Source of the DNA: a virus
DNA length: 64,000 bases
Reading direction: 5' to 3' (one strand)
IMG/VR virus record: IMGVR_UViG_3300030419_004857
Coordinates: 97,266 to 161,265 of that record
Positions 58,430 to 64,000 of this stretch are shown here, in pieces. The position numbers and the translations under genes are program-made. Below the pieces are notes generated by a model. That model was not told the origin of the DNA, ran no database searches, and saw nothing but the letters and a program-made list of their open reading frames with translations. How positions within the stretch are numbered: the stretch's first letter is position 1; each line of letters starts with the position of its first letter.

Positions 58430-58870
58430 TCAAGAGGTCTCGCATAGCTCACCTTCCGGCTCTAGGGCCATCACTGTCGGGGCGTTCCGATCATTGTCCT
58501 TATACATAGCAACGTAGTTTGCTCTATATACCGGGATCGGATGCTGATCATCACACACACCAGTCCGCTCTACAAACGTCTCGTGCTTATAAGGGTTATA
58601 CATCACCCACACCTGTTTATCGTAGAACCCATTCCACACCATCCGGTCAACGCTACACGGATCTTCCAACAGGTAACCGCTCACACCGGCGTGGACGTTC
58701 TTCTTTCCTTCACGTCGAACCCTCGCCTGTCCAGCCTTGCCGACGAGGAACTTACAATCCCGCAACGATAGCAGGTGGGCGTGGTCCACGATAAGCCCGG
58801 ACTGTCTCACACTCCACAGTTTCCGGTGGAGATTCCAGTAGACATAAACCCGCTTATTATAGTCGATCAT
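58430..58870 (-). CDS. conserved phage hypothetical protein
   Basis: VYVYWNLHRKLWSVR...RVRREGKKNVHA...YNPY. Confidence 0.7.
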   Translation of the reverse strand: MIDYNKRVYVYWNLHRKLWSVRQSGLIVDHAHLLSLRDCKFLVGKAGQARVRREGKKNVHAGVSGYLLEDPCSVDRMVWNGFYDKQVWVMYNPYKHETFVERTGVCDDQHPIPVYRANYVAMYKDNDRNAPTVMALEPEGELCETS

Positions 58871-59067
58871 TCCTCATCCCCGAACAGGTTATCAAAACAC
58901 GGGCCGCACATCCCACTTATGAGAACTTCCCGTTCATCCGCCGACAGGTAGGGCATGGCGTTCTGAATCAGTTCGCCATTCTCCCAAGCTTCATAGTCCT
59001 CCGCTTGGACCTGCATTTCCACCTGCCCCTTGCACCGGTTACACGTTGCCCACAATTTCGTCATCAT
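58867..59067 (-). CDS. small Zn-binding phage protein
   Basis: CNRC...IQNAMPYLSADEREVLISGMCGPC. Confidence 0.7.
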   Translation of the reverse strand: MMTKLWATCNRCKGQVEMQVQAEDYEAWENGELIQNAMPYLSADEREVLISGMCGPCFDNLFGDEE

Positions 59068-59921
59068 TTCGTCACCTTCCTAGAATAAGAACCTTTACCC
59101 TTCAACTCTCGCAACGCCGTCGCCGCTTCCGTTCCTTTGGGCTGTGTCCCGTGCAGCAGCAGAGCGAAACTCTGGTCCCGCAAGCTAGGCCGAGCAGCGT
59201 GGGAATCGTCGTGGTCAATTTCCGCTCCAAGACGATCCGCTTCCGCTTCCGAGAACACAACCGTGGCAGACCGCAAACCCTCCGTGGCAATCAAGTGATC
59301 GTCACGTCCACCATAGGATGCCGTCAATACCATATTCTCTGGGATATTATCCCGATTGTCAACCCAGTATTTTAGGCTTTTGGTGTAGGCATAGAACAGT
59401 CTATCGGGATGCGTTTCGGCAATAAACATCCACGCCTTGAAATAGCTCGCGTTGAAGAAATCACCCGCAACGTGAATCCGACAGATGCCGAGATTCTCGG
59501 GCATTGAATCCCTGAGCATATCGGACATATGCCAATCGTTGCCGGGATGCTCACTCAACTGCCGGAAGTTGTGGGATCGGGAATTGTACACGTTGGTGTA
59601 TTGGGCTTCCTGCGATGCCGAGAAACAACGGAACTTCGTATTCGGCCCATCGACAACTTTCCGCTTGCCGCTATAATCAACAGTCACAGCTTTCGATAGG
59701 CACTCGTTAGCAAACGGGCACGAGTGTCCCGACAACAGGTCAAGACTATAGATCTTGCGTCCACCTTCAAGGTACGCCGCCAGTTCAGGAACTTCCGACA
59801 TTGCGTGTGTCTTGGCGTTGGCTCGGGAGTAGTTGACGGTTTCCAGCGGATAGATTGATTGTGCCATTGTGTGCCCTTGTGTTGTGTTTGTTACTCCCCC
59901 ATTATATACAGTTATCGGCAC
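59064..59921 (-). CDS. Gp88-like (radical-SAM-related) phage protein (start probably 59867)
   Basis: SCPFANEC, CFSA, RIHVAGDFF, FYAYTKS. Confidence 0.7.
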   Translation of the reverse strand: MPITVYNGGVTNTTQGHTMAQSIYPLETVNYSRANAKTHAMSEVPELAAYLEGGRKIYSLDLLSGHSCPFANECLSKAVTVDYSGKRKVVDGPNTKFRCFSASQEAQYTNVYNSRSHNFRQLSEHPGNDWHMSDMLRDSMPENLGICRIHVAGDFFNASYFKAWMFIAETHPDRLFYAYTKSLKYWVDNRDNIPENMVLTASYGGRDDHLIATEGLRSATVVFSEAEADRLGAEIDHDDSHAARPSLRDQSFALLLHGTQPKGTEAATALRELKGKGSYSRKVTK

Positions 59922-60048
59922 ATGTCAACCCCCAACTCCAACAAAATCCGACATCCCACCAAAATATTTCGCTGGCCCACCGTGGCCCTTCACGGCGAGC
60001 GGCAAGGATGTGGCGCGACACATCCGCCGCTGCGTTTTACCCGAACCG
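59901..60048 (-). repeat. early promoter/hairpin cassette, copy C
   Basis: same boxes; hairpin AGCGGC-GGATGTG/CACATCC-GCCGCT. Confidence 0.75.
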
Positions 60049-60195
60049 CTACTTACCCTCCCCTCGCATTTTTTTCCAAGTTGTCTTGTCGCAGAACGCC
60101 CACCCGTCCGCGACCAATTTCTTGATAGCATCCCACTGGGCCTTAGTGGAATCCTTCACCCGCTTGAACTCGTCGCCCTTACGCAATGTCTTCAT
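60049..60195 (-). CDS. small hypothetical protein (48 aa, not in track)
   Basis: MKTLRKGDEFKRVKD...GWAFCDKTTWKK; RBS GGGAG. Confidence 0.5.
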   Translation of the reverse strand: MKTLRKGDEFKRVKDSTKAQWDAIKKLVADGWAFCDKTTWKKMRGEGK

Positions 60196-60320
60196 TCGTC
60201 ATCTCCCTAAGTTCTTGGTTATCATCAACCATCATGCCGGTGAAGATTACCACCTCACCCTCGGTATCCTCACCAACGTGGCACAGCGGAAAGTGTTTCA
60301 ACGCAATCCTGAAAACGTCA

Positions 60321-60884
60321 TCAAGCGTCATCAAAGTCAAGCTCCTTCTGTCCGGGCAACGGGTACGGGAACTGATCGCTAGGTGCGGAATCTTCTTCCA
60401 TCACCTTACGCTCATCTTCCCAAAGTTTCGGATCATCACGGTAGTCAACGTGTTCGAGACTAGAAATCATCCGGTTGCCAAGGCTATTCTCGTTAGCTTC
60501 CGGGTTGACCAGTTGCGAAGCCAGATTGATGAAATCCAGCACTTCCTGAATGGTCATGTATCCGCACACGTCATCGTAGAAAGTTTCCACGTCCTCGCTA
60601 CCGATAGGCCCGGTGAATCCCGGCACGCCAACCCAAGACAGGTTGCTACCAGTAAGGTAGGCAGCACACTCAGCGAGGTTGGAACCCCAGAATTCCCCAT
60701 TCGCAGCCGCCTTGGCGGGGGCGTCGAATCCCGCATTCCTCACCTCTTGGTCGGCGTAGTTCCCCGGTCCAAACTGAACCGAAACGGTAACGCCGTTGGG
60801 CAGATCCAGATGGAATCCCTTGCCTTCAGTAATCCGCATAGCCTTGTCGCGCATGTCATTCATCTCCCTATTCATTCCAACCAA
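60321..60884 (-). CDS. hypothetical phage protein
   Basis: GFHLDLPNGVTVSVQFGPGNY. Confidence 0.65.
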   Translation of the reverse strand: MVGMNREMNDMRDKAMRITEGKGFHLDLPNGVTVSVQFGPGNYADQEVRNAGFDAPAKAAANGEFWGSNLAECAAYLTGSNLSWVGVPGFTGPIGSEDVETFYDDVCGYMTIQEVLDFINLASQLVNPEANENSLGNRMISSLEHVDYRDDPKLWEDERKVMEEDSAPSDQFPYPLPGQKELDFDDA

Positions 60885-60922
60885 GCCAGTCAGCTAACCA
60901 ACAAACGAAACCCAATAACACT

Positions 60923-60951
60923 AGTATACAGGCAAACGATCCCCATGTCAA
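60923..60951 (-). promoter_or_regulatory. sigma70-type promoter
   Basis: TTGACA-N17-TATACT. Confidence 0.65.
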
Positions 60952-61157
60952 CATAGCTGCTCCATAATTGCGGTGCGATTCTGTGACGACCGTGTCCGGT
61001 TGCGTTTAGTTCGCCTGTCCTTGTGCTTTCCCGCTCCCGCCTTATTGACGGAATGAATCCTTCCAACCTTCCACGGCTCGTCGTCAAGTGTGATCGTGAT
61101 GCAGTCAGCACCAAACTCGATCATTCCACGGTTCATCTTCTTCGTCTTGCGTTTCAT
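60948..61157 (-). CDS. small basic protein
   Basis: AGKHKDRRTKRNRTRS; directly downstream of cassette D promoter. Confidence 0.6.
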   Translation of the reverse strand: MKRKTKKMNRGMIEFGADCITITLDDEPWKVGRIHSVNKAGAGKHKDRRTKRNRTRSSQNRTAIMEQLC

Positions 61158-61186
61158 GTCTTGCTCCGTCGTTGCGTTACTCCTCC

Positions 61187-61325
61187 ATTATAGTATATTA
61201 TCGTCCAATGTCAACACCGATCTTGAGGTTTTCTCGATTTATTTTCTGACTCACTGGCACGGGGGTTGCTTCTCTTCGAGCGGCGAGCTTGTGGAAAGAC
61301 AAGCTCGCCGCGCAGTTTTACCCCA
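61187..61325 (-). repeat. early promoter/hairpin cassette, copy D
   Basis: same boxes; 13-bp stem GCGGCGAGCTTGT/ACAAGCTCGCCGC. Confidence 0.75.
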
Positions 61326-61331
61326 TCCAAT

Positions 61332-61366
61332 AAAAAACCCCCGCACCGGCGAACCGGAACGGGGGC
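61332..61366 (-). terminator. rho-independent terminator
   Basis: CCCCCG...CCGG-TTCG-CCGG...CGGGGG plus T6. Confidence 0.8.
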
Positions 61367-61411
61367 CAGCGACTGAGGAAAGGGCGAAACTCCAAGCCGC
61401 TGTATGTAATA

Positions 61412-61586
61412 TGGGTGGGCGGGACTTACAATATTACCCGCATCTTTTCGGGGTTGGATATGGCAACGGGTTTGACCCGCTTCCCTACTTCCGAACCACT
61501 TCGCACAGCCTCACCCAGTCGGGCCTACTCTGTGCTTGGTGTGCGTTACCGTCTCCAACTGGCTCCGGTTATTCCGCCACCACCCT
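61412..61586 (-). ncRNA. expanded tRNA-like RNA (class II/Leu-like scaffold)
   Basis: GGGTGG/CCACCC acceptor, TGGCGGAAT...AACGC D-arm, GCGGG/CCCGC T-stem; arms enlarged by hairpins. Confidence 0.6.
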
Positions 61587-61604
61587 AAACGGGGAGCTAC
61601 CCCG

Positions 61605-61781
61605 CTACTTAGTTTCCTCCAATGTCACTTTGATCTTCTGAGGTGCGTTCTTGCCGAGAATGTACTTCTGGATGTAGATGGTATTGACCACTGGGGCCAC
61701 CCCCTCATCCGGCGTCTCGCTATATCGCACCGTGTTCTTGGTTTCCTTTTCCAGTTCAAACGTCGCGGTTGTCGTCTTCAT
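61605..61781 (-). CDS. small hypothetical protein (58 aa, not in track)
   Basis: MKTTTATFELEKETKNTVRYSE...TIYIQK...PQKIKVTLE. Confidence 0.6.
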   Translation of the reverse strand: MKTTTATFELEKETKNTVRYSETPDEGVAPVVNTIYIQKYILGKNAPQKIKVTLEETK

Positions 61782-61783
61782 GC

Positions 61784-61963
61784 TTACGCCCTTCGCAGGT
61801 TACTAATCTTGGGTTGTGAGAACGTCTTGTGTGTCCCATCGTCTTGTGCGATGATGACATAGACGCCTTTGGGACCATTCCCAACCTTCTCAATGCGACC
61901 ACTCCGAGCCTTGTCGTGGTAGTCAAACTTCACGCTCGCGCCTCTTCCAATGTACGTCGTCAT
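61784..61963 (-). CDS. small Sm/WYL-like protein (59 aa, not in track)
   Basis: KFDYHDKARSG...GPKG...KTFS; paralog of 28753..28992. Confidence 0.6.
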   Translation of the reverse strand: MTTYIGRGASVKFDYHDKARSGRIEKVGNGPKGVYVIIAQDDGTHKTFSQPKISNLRRA

Positions 61964-62265
61964 TCAACCGTCTCCTCTTCACCAAACAAACTTGCCATTT
62001 CAGCCGCAGCCATCTGCGACTTGATCATCCTGTACACCACGCCGACCACAGCCATACCCGCTGCGGTTCGTGCCGCTTCCGCTTCCTCGCTTTCCATACC
62101 AGTAGTGAGGAAGTTGGTCAGCAGGAAGCTGATAGCCGCCAGCAGATCGGGTTGCTCTCGGAGCAACTCCTCAGTAATTTCCAGTGCGAAGTTGCCGAAG
62201 TCCTGTTGTGTGGATTTCTCCATCACAGCAATCGTACACTCTCGCGTCACTCTCGGAATCGTCAT
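61960..62265 (-). CDS. hypothetical protein
   Basis: downstream of promoter 62300-62327; related to 49717..50013. Confidence 0.6.
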   Translation of the reverse strand: MTIPRVTRECTIAVMEKSTQQDFGNFALEITEELLREQPDLLAAISFLLTNFLTTGMESEEAEAARTAAGMAVVGVVYRMIKSQMAAAEMASLFGEEETVE

Positions 62266-62299
62266 CTCGTCGCCTTTCTGTTTGCCGTTTCGATATCCA

Positions 62300-62327
62300 A
62301 TTATACCACAGGTGCTGTGGTTGTCAA
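62300..62327 (-). promoter_or_regulatory. sigma70-type promoter
   Basis: TTGACA-N16-TATAAT. Confidence 0.75.
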
Positions 62328-62330
62328 GCC

Positions 62331-62534
62331 CTAATAACAGCCTTCGCTTTCCCCGTGCCAGATTTCGTCAGCGATTGCGAGGGCGTCGTCCTCGTCCTCG
62401 ACATCCGCCACGCATTCGTAAACGAAGTCTTCCGGGCCATCCGCCACGGGTCGCCACACCTCAAACACCCCACCGTATCGGGGGCAGTAGACAACCTGAA
62501 TGCCATCAATCTCGTAAACCACTTCGCCGTGCAT
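62331..62534 (-). CDS. acidic hypothetical protein, paralog of 63502..63822
   Basis: DGIQVV..P.Y...EVW...CVAD shared. Confidence 0.65.
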   Translation of the reverse strand: MHGEVVYEIDGIQVVYCPRYGGVFEVWRPVADGPEDFVYECVADVEDEDDALAIADEIWHGESEGCY

Positions 62535-62566
62535 CTCGTTCTCCCTTTCGTTTGCGTTACTCCCCC

Positions 62567-62720
62567 ATTATAGTATATTATCGGCATATGTCAAGGCCAC
62601 TCTCCACTAAATCCGGCACTTTCTCAAAAAAATCCGCTGGCTGGCACACAAGCCGACCCCGCGACATCAAGCGGCGCGGTTGTCCAAAGACACCGCGCCG
62701 TCCCGTTTCACCCGAACCGG
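62567..62720 (-). repeat. early promoter/hairpin cassette, copy E
   Basis: same boxes; 62641-62669 matches 58282-58310 at 26/29 nt. Confidence 0.75.
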
Positions 62721-62815
62721 GTATATAAAACAACCGCCACTCCCGGCCCCGATGAAATATATAAGTATATAAAACAGGGCGACCAACTCGGGAGCAGCGG
62801 CTATATATAATAAAG

Positions 62816-62889
62816 CGAGGACGGCGGGATTCGAACCCGCAACCACCGGATAGACAATCCGACACTCTAGCCTGTTGAGTTACGTCCCC
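62816..62889 (-). tRNA. tRNA-Asp(GUC), atypical U37
   Basis: GGGGACG...TCGGA-TTGTCTA-TCCGG...GGTTCGAATCC...CGTCCTC-G. Confidence 0.85.
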
Positions 62890-62892
62890 GGA

Positions 62893-63075
62893 TCTATAGC
62901 AGGTGGCAAGCCTTTCCACTTTTCACCCTTCACGCTAGAAGGCTTTGACTGGGCTGCTATATGTAAGGTACTAGCCCTATTTATCTCCACCCCTTCTCGG
63001 GGTTTGTAGGCGTGGCTAGATTTACGGCTGTGCCGCTCTGACGCCTCGTTGTTCACTGGTATACACCAGCTACAT
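62893..63075 (-). ncRNA. unknown structured RNA between tRNA-like genes
   Basis: nested helices TATAGCAG/CTGCTATA, AAGCCTT/AAGGCTT, CTAGCC/GGCTAG, ACCCC/GGGGT, CTGGT/ACCAG. Confidence 0.45.
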
Positions 63076-63083
63076 AAAAGTGC

Positions 63084-63229
63084 TGCCCCCGGAGGGATTC
63101 GAACCAAACGCCGCCGGGACGTTTACGGGGTGAAAAAGTGTGTACACACTTACCGGTATCTGTACTGGACACCGGCCCGCCACGATTCTACGGCTTACAG
63201 CCGCGCTCATGCCACCGAGCTACAAGGGC
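63084..63229 (-). ncRNA. tRNA-like RNA (GUA loop) with structured insertion of about 75 nt
   Basis: GCCCTTG/CGGGGGC acceptor, GCTC/GAGC D-stem, GCGG-CTGTAAG-CCGT, GGTTCGAATCC. Confidence 0.6.
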
Positions 63230-63242
63230 TTCACTTGTTTCA

Positions 63243-63256
63243 ATTGTAAAAGAACG
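63243..63256 (-). promoter_or_regulatory. boxA-like antitermination element, preceded by a 13-bp hairpin at 63265-63319
   Basis: CGTTCTTTTACAAT versus rrn boxA TGCTCTTTAACAA. Confidence 0.55.
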
Positions 63257-63400
63257 CTGTATTATCTCCCCCCGGCGGGAGTCGGCTAGCACCTACCAAT
63301 TGGTTACCGCCGGGGGGAGTTGTTGTGCCGCGTTTATACCCAGTCGGTGGCTGTTAGGCTTTCACTTCACCGATAGGGAGCGGCGTTGTTTCGTGCGTGT

Positions 63401-63429
63401 ATTTTACCAGACACGCGGCTGGTTGTCAA
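63401..63429 (-). promoter_or_regulatory. promoter of the stable-RNA operon
   Basis: TTGACA-N17-TAAAAT with extended TG. Confidence 0.75.
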
Positions 63430-63501
63430 GGTTTCTTTTCCATCATCCGCAAAGAATTGCGAGAATGACCAACCACAGTGGCACGTCCATTGTCGTTCCT
63501 C

Positions 63502-63822
63502 CTAAAAGTCAATTCCACTTTCGAAATAATCAGGGAACAGCGAGGTTGCCGAGTCAACGTCGAGAGGCGGCATCTCAGTCGAACCCGATTCCCCCGTCTC
63601 ACGCAGCTTTGCGATATGGATATCTTTGGCCTCGTCAATCGCCTCCTGCTGGTCGGGCGTGTCTGCCACACAATCCCAGAGGACGGCTTCCCCGTCTTGC
63701 TCAACCCGCTGCCACACTTCGTAAACAGCGTACTTCGGAGACCAGACCACTTGAATTCCGTCGACCATCCATACCACGTCGCTTGTCATTGTTCTTCCTT
63801 CGTTGTGTTGTATGTTCCCCAT
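63502..63822 (-). CDS. acidic hypothetical protein (start probably 63789)
   Basis: RBS GAAGGA; paralog of 62331..62534. Confidence 0.65.
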   Translation of the reverse strand: MGNIQHNEGRTMTSDVVWMVDGIQVVWSPKYAVYEVWQRVEQDGEAVLWDCVADTPDQQEAIDEAKDIHIAKLRETGESGSTEMPPLDVDSATSLFPDYFESGIDF

Positions 63823-63848
63823 TATAATATATTATCGACATTTTGCAA
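63821..63848 (-). promoter_or_regulatory. cassette-type promoter, copy F
   Basis: TTGCAA-N16(CGATAA)-TATAAT. Confidence 0.65.
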
Positions 63849-64000
63849 CCCCAATCTGCACATTATTCCGGAATTTTATCAAAGTTTTTTTTGTCGTAAG
63901 TCCTTATGCGGTAACGAGTTATGGGTCGCCGGTCTGCCCGGCAGCCGGGCCCGTGTCAAGCCGTATTCTGGTTTTCCGGCACGATTATCAGGATCGGCTT

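Noticed and set aside
61368-61405. CTGAGGA...GAAAC resembling a hammerhead ribozyme core
   Set aside because: On the non-transcribed strand, with no pairable stem II or III
63105-63190. Group I intron in the tRNA-like gene
   Set aside because: Insert too short, not in the anticodon loop, and no P7 core motifs visible
59855-63827. Long plus-strand ORFs such as 60186..60956, 61829..62728 and 63138..63827
   Set aside because: Cross promoters, RNAs and minus-strand genes; a by-product of higher GC
56205-63960. Repeated cassettes considered as a CRISPR array or integron attC sites
   Set aside because: Copies are long, degenerate, 1.3-2 kb apart and contain promoters; no cas or integrase gene; no clear paired attC core sites

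Overview
This 64-kb window is most likely part of a large lytic dsDNA tailed phage genome, not a cellular chromosome. Genes are dense and almost all on the minus strand. Phage-type genes include RecA/UvsX, rIIA/rIIB, PhoH, class II RNR, ThyX, dUTPase, dCMP deaminase and two sigma factors. Host-derived signals (DUF1501 Tat protein, DUF5658-like protein, tmRNA tag AEKQYALAA, tRNA-Ile(UAU)) suggest a Planctomycetota host; this is inference. The AT-rich first 55 kb carries nucleotide metabolism, a large sugar-nucleotide/glycosyltransferase set, a secreted-protease plus NlpC/P60 block and many auxiliary metabolic genes. The latter include a four-gene Lys/Arg catabolic operon, acyl-CoA dehydrogenase, a FadB-like enzyme split into two distant genes, class I aldolase, GMP reductase and IscA. 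The GC-richer 55-64 kb early region is built from repeated promoter/hairpin cassettes driving small ORFs. It contains the most unusual signals: two tRNA-shaped RNAs with hairpin-expanded arms, and a boxA-containing stable-RNA operon with further unknown structured RNAs. All calls come from motif recognition by eye; no searches were run.
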